This document shows, piece by piece, positions 9,310 through 19,394 of a stretch of 64,000 nt of DNA; the first letter of the stretch is position 1; every line of letters starts with the position of its first letter. Made by a program: the position numbers and the translations under genes. The notes beneath the pieces are model-generated. The model saw only the letters and a list, made by a program, of their open reading frames with translations. It searched no databases and was not told the origin of the DNA. Source of the stretch: Candidatus Bathyarchaeota archaeon (lineage in GTDB: Archaea > Thermoproteota > Bathyarchaeia > 40CM-2-53-6); the NCBI GenBank assembly GCA_963733055.1, contig CAVTBR010000001.1:64001-128000 (forward strand). Reading direction: 5' to 3'.

Positions 9310-10179
9310 TTGACGCCGTTCAGCGAGGACCAGTACTTGAAACGCGGAATCGCAGTCACAGGACGAGCAAACCCTAAGCTCATCGAAAGACTCGCCGTAG
9401 AGGCCGAAAGGGCCGAATACGATTATTTCTTGGTAACCGACCATTTCATGCTTCCAAACTCGAACAATCACATCGACGTTTGGTCCTTCCTCCCCTACCT
9501 TGCGGCGAAAACGGCCAAGATTAGACTGGGAACGGCAGTCACACCCCTCCCATTACGCCCGCCCGGCATGCTCGCAAAGATGGCCGCAACGACAGATTAT
9601 CTCTCCGGCGGCCGTTTGATAGTCGGGGTGGGGTTTGGGTGGTACCGGCCCGAATTTGAAGGGTATTCGAAATGGCATGAGAATAAGGAAAGGATAGCGT
9701 TCAGCATTGAAGCGCTGCGATTAATGAAACGCCTATGGACTGAACCGGGACTCGTGGATTTTCATGGCAAATATGTCCGCGCAAATAACGCAGCTCTAGA
9801 GCCTAAACCAATCCAGAAACCTTATCCACCAATATGGTGGGGCGGACACTTGGCAGTCTCGCTTCATACAGCGGGAAAGTATGCTGATGGATGGATGCCA
9901 ATAGGCCCTAGATGGTTTGACGAAAGCTACCCCAAACCTAACGAATACTCGCAAATGCGAAAGGTAATTCTCGACGAGTTGACCAAGCGCAAATATCCCG
10001 AAGAGAAATTTGCATTCACGAACCTCATCAACCGGACAGACATACAAACGCTCCGAAAGGATGTTGAACAGTACGTGGATGCGGGCATGAACCATTTCAC
10101 ATTGGGCGAGAAAGCGGAGGATGAAAAATGCTTGAAAGAGATAGCCCTCGTCGCGAAAGAAATAGGAGGCTCCTTCTAG
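9310..10179 (+). CDS. LLM-class flavin/F420-dependent oxidoreductase
   Basis: 'TDHF', 'IRLGTAVTPLPLRPP', 'SGGRLIVGVGFGW', 'PKPIQKPYPPIWWGG'. Confidence 0.9.
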   Translation: MTPFSEDQYLKRGIAVTGRANPKLIERLAVEAERAEYDYFLVTDHFMLPNSNNHIDVWSFLPYLAAKTAKIRLGTAVTPLPLRPPGMLAKMAATTDYLSGGRLIVGVGFGWYRPEFEGYSKWHENKERIAFSIEALRLMKRLWTEPGLVDFHGKYVRANNAALEPKPIQKPYPPIWWGGHLAVSLHTAGKYADGWMPIGPRWFDESYPKPNEYSQMRKVILDELTKRKYPEEKFAFTNLINRTDIQTLRKDVEQYVDAGMNHFTLGEKAEDEKCLKEIALVAKEIGGSF

Positions 10180-10183
10180 GAAA

Positions 10184-11071
10184 TTGGCAAAACGCTCAGG
10201 CTGGAAGCTATCATTCATTCCTTACTACATGACGTCCCCAGCCGTTTGGACCTCACCCTCAACAGATGAAGCGATCCGTGTAATCTCGAAAGCAGGGTAT
10301 CAAGGCGTCGAATGGATGCTTGGTCAGCATTTCCGGAATACCAAGCAACTAAGGAACTTGGTCAACAAGACGAGGCGGCGCGGTCTTGCGGTCTCGAACA
10401 TCATGTGCTGGCAAGACCTCGTAACAAAGAGCCGGAAAGTCAGGAATAGACGAGTGAAGCTCCTGAATTGCATGCTGAGTGAGGCCAGCGGATTGTCCGT
10501 CCCTTTGATGAATGTCTTCACAGGGCCGATGACCTGGAATCCTGGCTACAATAGGATTGGTCGAGAAATCTCTGAAGGTCAAGCTTGGAAGGTTGTTATC
10601 GACTCATTTGCGGATCTTGTTGACTCGGCTGAGAAGAATCATGTCGTCGTCACAGTTGAGCCTGTATTCGGAATGCTCGTCCACGACTATTACACTGTAA
10701 AGGAGTTCCTCAGCTACTTCGATTCCAAATACTTGGGCGTGAACCTCGACCCATCCCACTTCGTCGTGTACGGAAACGACCCCGTATGGGCGGCGAAAAT
10801 GCTCGGCGAGAAAGTCCGACACGTTCATGTGAAGGATGCATTTGGGAAACCGGGCGGGCTTGGGGAAACTTTCGTCTTTCCGTTTCTTGGCGAGGGCGTT
10901 GTCGATTGGAAGGAGTTCTTTCTCGCTCTTCGCAAATCGCGATACCGTGGCTATCTCTCTCTCGAATTCGAGAATGATAGTTACCTGAACAATGTTTGCG
11001 ATGGGAAATGGTCAAAAGCAGCAGTAGAACTCAGGAATCGAGTTGAGAAGTTCCTGCCAAAACGGGCATAA
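10184..11071 (+). CDS. Sugar phosphate isomerase/epimerase (xylose-isomerase-like TIM barrel)
   Basis: 'GYQGVE', 'VEP', 'NLDPSHF', 'HVHVKD', 'LSLEFE'. Confidence 0.88.
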   Translation: MAKRSGWKLSFIPYYMTSPAVWTSPSTDEAIRVISKAGYQGVEWMLGQHFRNTKQLRNLVNKTRRRGLAVSNIMCWQDLVTKSRKVRNRRVKLLNCMLSEASGLSVPLMNVFTGPMTWNPGYNRIGREISEGQAWKVVIDSFADLVDSAEKNHVVVTVEPVFGMLVHDYYTVKEFLSYFDSKYLGVNLDPSHFVVYGNDPVWAAKMLGEKVRHVHVKDAFGKPGGLGETFVFPFLGEGVVDWKEFFLALRKSRYRGYLSLEFENDSYLNNVCDGKWSKAAVELRNRVEKFLPKRA

Positions 11072-11110
11072 GGAACCTTTGGGAACCATACCGCTGTGGA
11101 TCTGGCGAAG

Positions 11111-11401
11111 TTACAATCGCAGGATTAGTCGGATTAGGGCCACGACGGCTATGGCGCCCCAAACCACATTTAGAACACCATTCTGATACGCCCTCTTAAC
11201 GAATGCCACTAGGCCAAGCCCCACGGCGCCACTCAGGTTCAAGAACTGGTAGACGTAACTGTTTGGGGAAATGAAGCTCAAGCTCACGGTTCCGTAGGCG
11301 ACAACGACGGCTATCAAGCCATACCATCCCAAAATATCCACCAGTACCTGCCGTTTATGACCTACCTTAGCTGAATCCGCGGGAAGCATCTTTGATACCA
11401 C
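11111..11401 (-). CDS. Small 3-TM membrane protein (CBU_0592-like)
   Basis: 'ILGWYG', 'YQFLNLSGA', 'AYQNGVLNVVW'. Confidence 0.7.
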   Translation of the reverse strand: MVSKMLPADSAKVGHKRQVLVDILGWYGLIAVVVAYGTVSLSFISPNSYVYQFLNLSGAVGLGLVAFVKRAYQNGVLNVVWGAIAVVALIRLILRL

Positions 11402-11590
11402 GACTGGCCTTAGAGCGATGTTCCGCCATAAAAGCGACCTGTCACACCGCGTAATTTAATCAGCTTGCGTTCTGTGCAATTCTGAAATGGGCGACCAAGA
11501 AATTCTTGGAGAGCGTCCGTTCGAGTTGGTATGCCAACCCGAAGCGGCCAATGAGTAGGCCGTTGGGGATTCTGGTGTCGTTTAGCTTGC

Positions 11591-11667
11591 TTATTCTGGG
11601 GATATCTCCATTTGTCCTCTGATTAAGTCGAGTCCTTTGCCTTTCAAGTTGAAGTAGCGTGCTAGAT
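11591..11667 (-). repeat. Truncated duplicate of the last 77 bp of the APC permease gene (13419-13495)
   Basis: Manual alignment 67/77 identical; encodes LARYFNLKGKGLDLIRGQMEISPE* vs LARYFYFKGKGLDLIKGQMEIPPE*. Confidence 0.9.
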
Positions 11668-11834
11668 CAGGAAGCTGGAGCCTAATAGTCCTACAATGAA
11701 ACTGAAATCCGCAGTGGGTAAAGAGCTTGTTAGGGGATGCTTTCCCTAAAGAGCAGACACCTACCTGTGTGCGCAAACCTTCGATGACTTACCCTATGTT
11801 GAAAAACATCATATCTCGGTTTTGGTTCATATGA

Positions 11835-12725
11835 ATGCGTGAAGCGGAGTTGTCTGACCGCGTCATAGAGATGCCACCTGAGTGGGGAGGAGTCGTTCCC
11901 ACACGAGTTTTCTTAGATGAGGGTAAACGAATCGTGGACGAAGCCACGAGAGTAGGCATACCGTTAAGGTTGCTGGGTGGCGTTGCGATCCGGTATCATT
12001 GTATGGATTACCTAGACTTCGCGAAGAAACTTGGGCGTCAGGTTGGCGAGGGAGAGCAGGAGTACACCGATCTTGATTATATTTCCTACATGAAATACCG
12101 TGACAATGCAAAGAAACTCTTCGAAGCCTTAGGTTACTCAAGAAGGAAGACGACGTTATCAAGCTCCGCTACTCAACGGCAGATCTTCTTCCATCCTAAG
12201 GGATGGTTCCATGTGGACGTATTCTTCGACAAATTACTAGCCGCAAACCACCCCATAGATTTCAGAAAACGCCTTGAACTCGACTCACCCACCGCCACTC
12301 CCACCGATCTTCTCCTTGAGAAGGCGCAAATTGTTTTCCCGGGCGAGAAGGATGTCAAAGACATGATGCTACTTCTGCGCACTCACGAAATTTCCGCGCG
12401 CGAGGAAGAGAATAAGATAAGCGGGAAATTCATCGCACAGCTTCTATCTTCCGACTGGGGATTCTGGTACACACTTACAAATAATCTCCGCCAATTGAAA
12501 GAATACTCAACCACAATCGAACCACTGTCTACTGACGACAAGGCGGACCTAGCTTCGAAAGCAGACATTCTTTTGAAAATGATTGAGGATGAACCGAAGA
12601 GTACAGGTTGGAAGATGCGATCAGCCATCGGAACCAAAAAGAAGTGGTATAATCCCGTAGAGACCACACAAACGGTCGGAGAATTTGGCCTCTGGAAACT
12701 GAAAGAAAAAACCCAAGACTCTTAA
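11835..12725 (+). CDS. Uncharacterised nucleotidyltransferase-fold protein
   Basis: 'LRLLGGVAI' followed by 'YTDLDY' (hG[GS]...DxD) and 'VDVFFD'. Confidence 0.65.
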   Translation: MREAELSDRVIEMPPEWGGVVPTRVFLDEGKRIVDEATRVGIPLRLLGGVAIRYHCMDYLDFAKKLGRQVGEGEQEYTDLDYISYMKYRDNAKKLFEALGYSRRKTTLSSSATQRQIFFHPKGWFHVDVFFDKLLAANHPIDFRKRLELDSPTATPTDLLLEKAQIVFPGEKDVKDMMLLLRTHEISAREEENKISGKFIAQLLSSDWGFWYTLTNNLRQLKEYSTTIEPLSTDDKADLASKADILLKMIEDEPKSTGWKMRSAIGTKKKWYNPVETTQTVGEFGLWKLKEKTQDS

Positions 12726-12759
12726 GCGCAAAACGTGACTTGACCTCGAAACATCTTTA

Positions 12760-13143
12760 GTGATTAACGCCTTCAGGAAGGAAGCCCATGTCTTTCTTGA
12801 GAGTTTACGTCACCGTAAGTGGGCGCTGAGCTATTTAGTCGTCTTAACTTGTGTTAGCACCGTCATCTTCTCGTTTGTAGAGAATCATACCCCATTTGAT
12901 TCGTTTTACTGGACAATTACCGTATTTACAACCGTAGGCTTCGGAGACATAACACCCCACACAATAATTGGGAAGGTACTGTTTCTCTTCGATGCGATCT
13001 CAGGCATAACCACCTACATCTACCTAATCACCAGTTGGCAAACCTCAGTAATCGAAGCGAGACTTGAACGGAAACTATGGCAAATCGCCGACGCCGACTT
13101 CAAAGAACAGACACGAAAATCTAAGTCAAAATTCCAGAATTAG
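12760..13143 (+). CDS. KcsA-like 2-TM potassium channel
   Basis: Selectivity filter TTVGFGD between two TM helices. Confidence 0.9.
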   Translation: MINAFRKEAHVFLESLRHRKWALSYLVVLTCVSTVIFSFVENHTPFDSFYWTITVFTTVGFGDITPHTIIGKVLFLFDAISGITTYIYLITSWQTSVIEARLERKLWQIADADFKEQTRKSKSKFQN

Positions 13144-13418
13144 CCATTCACAAGAGTTTAGAGATGATCTTTAACCGCCAAAAGTAGAGGTCCCGACCTG
13201 TAACACCCAAAGTTAAGCCCCTAGAACGTAACAGTACCATTTCGATGCAAATACATCTCCCGCACCTTTACAGAAAGGAACCGCTACCGAATATTTGACA
13301 GACCCCGAAATGAACCGATTTTATCCACCCTCAGCCGTCGACCGAAGTATCCGTTACCGACTGTAGAGTGTTTGGAGCTTGGCGTTTGTTCAGGGACTTA
13401 TTGTCTCGATCTCTTGTC

Positions 13419-14996
13419 TTATTCTGGCGGTATCTCCATTTGTCCTTTGATTAAGTCTAGGCCTTTGCCCTTGAAGTAGAAGTAGCGCGCGAGATAGATG
13501 AGTACAGCGGACCCGAATATCACGACTAGCAGAACGCTTGATCCTAAAGTCGAGGGCCCAATGGCAGGATTTGTTACAGACCAGTAGAATGTGGTTCCCA
13601 TGCCTATGATTGTTAGAACGCCAAAGATTGGTAATAACCATCGACCGCCGATGAGACCCTTGGCGAATTCTTTCTTCCAGAATGGAAGGACAATGGCCGA
13701 TATTCCTACCAAAATCCAGACGACGGCCCAAATCGTGACCACATTGAGCAGTTGTCCGATGTATGTCGTGTATATGGCGATGTATGTTAGGATGACGGAT
13801 ATTACGAAGGTCAACCCGATCGCTTTCAACGGGACGTGGAGTCTATCGTTCACATCCGCGAAAACGGTTGGAAGTACGCGGTCGAAGGAGAATGCGAACA
13901 CGTACCTCGAGATGCAAATGGCGAGGCCTGCGGCCCACCAGAAGTTGAACAATAGGAAGCCGATCTCGACGAAACTCGAAAGGTATGGGTTGCTTAGGAC
14001 TGCTGGGATGAAAACGGGCGACCATGGAGAAACTCCTAAGGAGAGTTTACCGGCGCCGAATAACCCAAACACTGCTTGCATGAATGGGTAGCTTTCCGCG
14101 TTCGTTATGAAGTAGAGGCCTGTTACATCGAGAACTCCGCAGATCAAGAGTGCAACCATCACACCCCATAGCATTCCATTCTTCACATTCCTCACTTCGC
14201 CTGAGATGTATACGGAATAATTGAATCCGTTGAATAGCAAGACGCCGAATGGAATGGCTAGGAACGTGGCGGTTTGATTCACAGGAACGAATGCCATACC
14301 CGCCGAAGCGGCTTGAGATACTACCCCATTAACCGTCATACTTCCACCCGTTAAATTACTCAACCCTGTCGCAAATGATGAACTTGTTGCGGTCGCGAAG
14401 GCGCCGATGAAGATGAAAGAGGCGATGAAGATTATAGCAGCCAAAACAAGCATAATACGACTGTAAACTCTTGGCGTGCAACTGGCAATAACAATTCCAA
14501 CAATTATCGTGAGCAGTGTCCCAGCGAATAGATTTGTGGTGCTACTCGCGAAGTTCTGTCCCCATGAAATTAGTCCCGGATTATTCCAGATGTATCCCAA
14601 GGCCACGCCTACGTCTGGCATAACGACCGCGGGTTCCGTTACAGATGCACTTGCTAGAAGCGCAATGAATGAAATGAACATAGCCCAACCCCCAACAAAT
14701 CCCAAAATTGGATTCAGCGTCCGCCCAAGCCACACATAGTCCCCTCCTGATCTTGGCATCTGAACCGAAAAGATGTAGTATACTACGGCGAGGGGGATCA
14801 TGAACAGGAACCCAATAATCGCGGAAACTGTAAAGTCCGCTCCAGGACCGTTAGGGGCTACGTAGCCGATTTGAGAGGACATCCCGAATAGGGTCGGCCC
14901 GGTTACGGCCAGACTCAATATAGTCGCATCATACCACGTGAAGGATCTGACTAATCCGGTTGCTTCCCGTAGGAATACCTTCTGCTTAGTAGACAA
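13419..14996 (-). CDS. APC family (amino acid/polyamine) permease
   Basis: 'FLREATGLVR', 'MPRSGGDYVW', 'SRYVFAFSFDRVLP', about 12 TM. Confidence 0.9.
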   Translation of the reverse strand: MSTKQKVFLREATGLVRSFTWYDATILSLAVTGPTLFGMSSQIGYVAPNGPGADFTVSAIIGFLFMIPLAVVYYIFSVQMPRSGGDYVWLGRTLNPILGFVGGWAMFISFIALLASASVTEPAVVMPDVGVALGYIWNNPGLISWGQNFASSTTNLFAGTLLTIIVGIVIASCTPRVYSRIMLVLAAIIFIASFIFIGAFATATSSSFATGLSNLTGGSMTVNGVVSQAASAGMAFVPVNQTATFLAIPFGVLLFNGFNYSVYISGEVRNVKNGMLWGVMVALLICGVLDVTGLYFITNAESYPFMQAVFGLFGAGKLSLGVSPWSPVFIPAVLSNPYLSSFVEIGFLLFNFWWAAGLAICISRYVFAFSFDRVLPTVFADVNDRLHVPLKAIGLTFVISVILTYIAIYTTYIGQLLNVVTIWAVVWILVGISAIVLPFWKKEFAKGLIGGRWLLPIFGVLTIIGMGTTFYWSVTNPAIGPSTLGSSVLLVVIFGSAVLIYLARYFYFKGKGLDLIKGQMEIPPE

Positions 14997-15208
14997 GGGA
15001 ATCTGAAAAGGTGGGTCTTCGAACGATATTTAACACTTGGCATGAAAGCGTCGGATTTCAAGGATCAAATTGAACGTTCGAGGGCTCGTAACTTGATTAA
15101 TATTCGATTTCTCATGGAGGGTTGAGGCAAAACCAATCTGCTAGTCAGAAAGGTCATGGTATGCGATCCTCGAAGAAGATTTTAGAATGAAGACCCGATG
15201 TCTCCCTT

Positions 15209-15970
15209 GTGATTTCCCACATGAAGCTGAAAGATAGGATAACAATCGTTACCGGGGCTTCGCGCGGAATCGGCAGCGCCATTGCCCGAAGATTCGCGGT
15301 TGAAGGTTCCAAGGTTGTCATCAACTACCACAATTCGGAGAAGGAGGCTTCTCGGTTAGTGGACGAGATAAGAAGGAACGACGGAGAGGCTATTGCGGTA
15401 AGAGCCGACGTATCTAAGCCAGATGAAGTGAGACATCTTGTAAAGGAAACGGTCGACGCCTACGGGAGAGTGGATATCCTAGTGAACAACGCGGGAGTGA
15501 TGTTTCAGAATACGTTCCTTGACGCTACCGAGGAAATCTGGGACAAAACTATCGACATCAATCTGAAAGGGGCTTACCTTTGCTCGAAAGAGGTAGCCCC
15601 AATCATGTTGAAACAGAAGAAGGGGAAGATAATCAACATCTCATCCAACTCTGGGACTTATCATCCCTCCGCTCTCCGGTTCGTGGAATACGTAGTCTCA
15701 AAAGCGGGAATGAATGGATTAACTCGAGCGCTCGCGCTGAAACTCGGCCCTTATGTTAACGTCAACGCAATCTGCCCAGGTTGGATCAAGACCGAAATGG
15801 TCGGAGACATAGACCCAGAAATCCAACGGATGATCCTTGAGGAAACGGCGTTGAAGAGGTACGGGACTCCGGACGAGGTAGCGAATGCTGCACTCTATCT
15901 GGCTTCTGACGAGTCCAACTTCGTTACTGGAGAGCTCCACATGATCACTGGCGGTCGTGGAATGCACTAA
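15209..15970 (+). CDS. SDR family oxidoreductase (FabG-like)
   Basis: TGASRGIG, NNAG, YxxxK (YVVSK), NAICPGWIKT. Confidence 0.92.
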   Translation: MISHMKLKDRITIVTGASRGIGSAIARRFAVEGSKVVINYHNSEKEASRLVDEIRRNDGEAIAVRADVSKPDEVRHLVKETVDAYGRVDILVNNAGVMFQNTFLDATEEIWDKTIDINLKGAYLCSKEVAPIMLKQKKGKIINISSNSGTYHPSALRFVEYVVSKAGMNGLTRALALKLGPYVNVNAICPGWIKTEMVGDIDPEIQRMILEETALKRYGTPDEVANAALYLASDESNFVTGELHMITGGRGMH

Positions 15971-16049
15971 ATCTCAAGAACCAACCTAGACTGTTCACGC
16001 ATTGTTCTTATTACCGTAGGCTTTCCGTTGGACTTGAGGGCTTAGTGAG

Positions 16050-17222
16050 TTGTCGCAACTAAGCACGAATTCTTACCAAGAATTCAACGAGATCCATGAG
16101 CGAGTACGTAGTGCCTACCGCTCTGCGATCGGCAAGCGGCGCCGCGAGCTCATAACTCCAGCACTGATTTTGGATCTGGACCTCGCTCGCAGTAATATCG
16201 ATTTCATGGCGAAGCGTTTGAAGTCACTGCATGCCAAACTCAGGCCGCATATCAAGGTACAGAAAAGCCTTGAACTGGCGAAGTTGCAGGTCGCCGCCGG
16301 AGCCATCGGCGTATGTACCGCTACAGTTTGGGAGGCGCTTGCCATGAGCAGGGGGGGAATCAAGGATGTTTTGATAGCGAATGAGGTGGTTGGTAAAGAG
16401 AAGATCGCTGCCCTGGCCGACTTGGCTAAAGATCGGTACATCACAGTCACCTTAGATGACGCACATAATGCGGATGACCTCTCCAAAGCCGTCACGAGGG
16501 TTGGGAGCAAACTTGATGTCATTATTGAGATCGACGTCGGAATGGGGCGCGGCGGCATTCGCTCTCCGGAAGAAGCGGTTAGCTTGGCCCAGCATCTCGG
16601 TACGCTTTCTGGGCTCAGGTTTCGAGGGGTACAGGGCTATGAAGGCCACTGCATGTTGGAACCGGACCGCGAGTTGAGAGTAAAGAAGGCGCGGGCGGCT
16701 ATGGATCACGTAGGTACGGTCGTCGATACCCTGGCCCAGTCTGGATTCAAATGTGAGATCGTTTCGGCTGGGGGAACTGGTACTTATGATATTACGGGCG
16801 CCGATCTTCGCGTTACCGAGATTCAAGCTGGGTCTTACGTTTTCATGGATAATTTCCACGGAAACTTAGTCCCGGGCTTCTCGAAATCGCTCACTGTTCT
16901 AGGGACGATTGTGATACAGCATGGCGATACTATCGTATTTGATTGTGGTCGAAAGTCAGTCGGCGTCGACTTTCAGCAACCCACGATGTTGGATTACCCA
17001 TTCTACGCGGCGCGCTACTTCGCCGAGGAACACGCCCTCTTCGATATCGACAAACGATGCAAACTCAAACTTGGAGACACCATGGAGTTCATCCCAGGCT
17101 ATGGGCCAACTACGGTAAACCTCTACGACGCGTACCACGTTGTCGAAGACGGAGTAGTTGTCGACATTTGGCCGATCATTCCCCGAGGGCCAGGACATGG
17201 AGGCTTGCTCACAGCAAGGTAG
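16050..17222 (+). CDS. DSD1/D-threonine aldolase family PLP enzyme (alanine racemase fold)
   Basis: 'TPALILD', 'RPHIK' PLP lysine, 'QGYEGH', 'GGTGT', 'EEH'. Confidence 0.88.
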   Translation: MSQLSTNSYQEFNEIHERVRSAYRSAIGKRRRELITPALILDLDLARSNIDFMAKRLKSLHAKLRPHIKVQKSLELAKLQVAAGAIGVCTATVWEALAMSRGGIKDVLIANEVVGKEKIAALADLAKDRYITVTLDDAHNADDLSKAVTRVGSKLDVIIEIDVGMGRGGIRSPEEAVSLAQHLGTLSGLRFRGVQGYEGHCMLEPDRELRVKKARAAMDHVGTVVDTLAQSGFKCEIVSAGGTGTYDITGADLRVTEIQAGSYVFMDNFHGNLVPGFSKSLTVLGTIVIQHGDTIVFDCGRKSVGVDFQQPTMLDYPFYAARYFAEEHALFDIDKRCKLKLGDTMEFIPGYGPTTVNLYDAYHVVEDGVVVDIWPIIPRGPGHGGLLTAR

Positions 17223-17263
17223 GTCCCTGACACTTAGAGCGGCCGAACCAAAACAATGCCCCG

Positions 17264-17743
17264 CTACCAATACGTGCTGCGTTTCCAAGTGTTTCTTTCT
17301 AGGACCTCAATTGTCGTACCGGAGGTCTTGCTCTCGGGCAGGTATGCGTACTTGTTGTCATCACCTGGAATCGAACACCATTTCTTGCTCTCCGGCAAAG
17401 GCCGGCCCATTGGGTCACAGAGAGTGATGCCTCTCGCTTTCATTTCATCGTAGAATTGGTCGATACTGTCAACTTCGACACACAATTCGAACATTGTTCC
17501 AGCCCCCTTCTTCTCTAGCAGTTGCTTGCTCGGGCCCCGGACTGGGGCAAGAAGTTCCACATAATTGTCTCCCCTAGGCAGCGGGAGGTATACGTAGTTC
17601 ATTTCCTCGTCTTCGTTGCTGACGCGGAAGTACTTGGGTTTCTCGCAGCCAAGCACTTGGCGGTAGAAATCGATTAGTGAATCATCAAGTTTCTCGACTA
17701 ATATGCCGACATGATCGAGTTTCGCTTTCAACCCTGAATCCAT
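17264..17743 (-). CDS. VOC family protein (methylmalonyl-CoA epimerase-like)
   Basis: 'LDHVGILV', 'VELLAP', 'TSGTTIEVLE'. Confidence 0.85.
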   Translation of the reverse strand: MDSGLKAKLDHVGILVEKLDDSLIDFYRQVLGCEKPKYFRVSNEDEEMNYVYLPLPRGDNYVELLAPVRGPSKQLLEKKGAGTMFELCVEVDSIDQFYDEMKARGITLCDPMGRPLPESKKWCSIPGDDNKYAYLPESKTSGTTIEVLERNTWKRSTYW

Positions 17744-17855
17744 CCAGGAGAAGTAAAATCAATTCTAGTACTTTAGGGCCACGAAATGCCGCTGCTTAAA
17801 TTGCCGGGGTAAAATCATTCTCCAAACGGTAACTCTGAGGAGTCATGCGTAAGAG

Positions 17856-18635
17856 ATGGGGGAATCGAGGGTTCTTTACGCTATTGCTGAGAGTTGCCCG
17901 TTCGATGCGGTTCTTGTGCGAGATATGAGAAATGCGGTCAATTCTTTGCTGCAACTTAACCTTAAGCGATTTAGGGTTCCCCAGAAGAACCTCGCCAAGT
18001 ATTCTGCATTAGACATTGTAAAACAGGCATTGGAACTTCTCTTCGAATTTTCGCCCTCTGAGAAGAATTACCGCGAAGCCACGCGCACGCTCCAAGTCTA
18101 CTCTGAAGGCGACACAGAAATGCTAAAGGTACTGCAATCGAGTTTTCGTTTGATCGCCAACGCAGTGTATAACGCCTACAGCGGGCAGAGACAAGCGGAA
18201 TCGTTAGCCCCACAAATCTTGTTTCTTCAAGGAGTGCCGTTCCAGCCAAGCGAACTCGAACAATCGTTCAGGTTCGTCGGCGTCAGACCACCCGAGGTCA
18301 GCCCACCCAGCGTTAAGAAGACGATCTTTCTCGACGAAGGATTCGGCTTGTACACATTATTGTTGGAGGGGAAGATTACTGGAAAGGAAGCTGAGAAGGG
18401 TAGGGAGGAACACTGGGCGAAACTAATTCGCGAAAACATGGCCGAGGAGAACGGAACATCCCTCATTCGGGCTGGAACTGAGCACGTTGCTCAACGAAGT
18501 GCAGGGACGAGTAGCGTCCTAGGTAAGCTTCGAATCTCTAGGAGCGGCAAGTTGCACGCACTTCTAGGGGAGAGTGGGATAGACATCCAAGTTATCCACA
18601 AGATCGCAGACGTGAATCAGGTTTTCGGAAAATAG
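17856..18635 (+). CDS. Hypothetical protein
   Basis: 259-aa ORF filling the gap between genes; no motif recognised. Confidence 0.6.
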   Translation: MGESRVLYAIAESCPFDAVLVRDMRNAVNSLLQLNLKRFRVPQKNLAKYSALDIVKQALELLFEFSPSEKNYREATRTLQVYSEGDTEMLKVLQSSFRLIANAVYNAYSGQRQAESLAPQILFLQGVPFQPSELEQSFRFVGVRPPEVSPPSVKKTIFLDEGFGLYTLLLEGKITGKEAEKGREEHWAKLIRENMAEENGTSLIRAGTEHVAQRSAGTSSVLGKLRISRSGKLHALLGESGIDIQVIHKIADVNQVFGK

Positions 18636-18642
18636 ATTCGCT

Positions 18643-19338
18643 CTATTTTCTTTTCTTCTGTGGTGTGAGGAGGTGTTCGTAGGTGAACCCTGCGAGAAGG
18701 GCACCTGCGATTGGACCTACCCAGTAGACCCAGAAGCTGTCAAAGTCCAGTGAGGCAACGGCGGGGCCAAGCCATCTCGCGGGGTTAGCCGCGCCACCAG
18801 TTAGAGGGCCGGCGATGAGTACATCCACAGCCAAGGTCATCCCAATCAGCAACCCGGAGGCGGCGGGATGCACCTTGCCCGAGTAAAGAACTGCGTAAAC
18901 CGAGAACATTAGGAAGAAGGTGATGATGAGTTCCACGAGAACCGCGACAAGTTCGCTCGAACCGATTATAGGTGACGGCGCAGGTAGTCCGAACTTTATG
19001 AGCGATCCATTCCCAGGCTGAATTATCCCATCAACCGCACCCGCCAGAATGGCTCCTAAGACTTGCGCTACTAAGTACGCAACGCCATCCCCAGCCTCCA
19101 TCTTCTTCAATGCGACGGCGGTGATCGTTATTGCGGGGTTGATGTGACAGCCGGAAATCCATCCAATCGCGTAAACCATGATCATCAATATCAGCCCGTG
19201 TGTGAGGGCGATGGCGATGAACGATGATTGGGGCGAACCAAAGCCGAGGGCCGGAAAGTACACGATAAGCGACATTGAGCCGAAGAAGACAAGCGCGAAA
19301 GTCCCGATGAATTCAGCCACGTAAGCTTGTCGTCCCAT
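18643..19338 (-). CDS. Aquaporin/MIP channel
   Basis: 'AEFIGTF', 'SGCHINPA', 'ANPAR', 'WVYWVGP'. Confidence 0.95.
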   Translation of the reverse strand: MGRQAYVAEFIGTFALVFFGSMSLIVYFPALGFGSPQSSFIAIALTHGLILMIMVYAIGWISGCHINPAITITAVALKKMEAGDGVAYLVAQVLGAILAGAVDGIIQPGNGSLIKFGLPAPSPIIGSSELVAVLVELIITFFLMFSVYAVLYSGKVHPAASGLLIGMTLAVDVLIAGPLTGGAANPARWLGPAVASLDFDSFWVYWVGPIAGALLAGFTYEHLLTPQKKRK

Positions 19339-19394
19339 CTTCAAACCGAACACAACACGGCGCTTACCGAAGGCCCTTGCTATAAAACACTTCT

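Noticed and set aside
11591-11776. 61-aa ORF as a functional gene
   Set aside because: Only the last 24 residues are permease-derived; the rest looks like non-coding sequence
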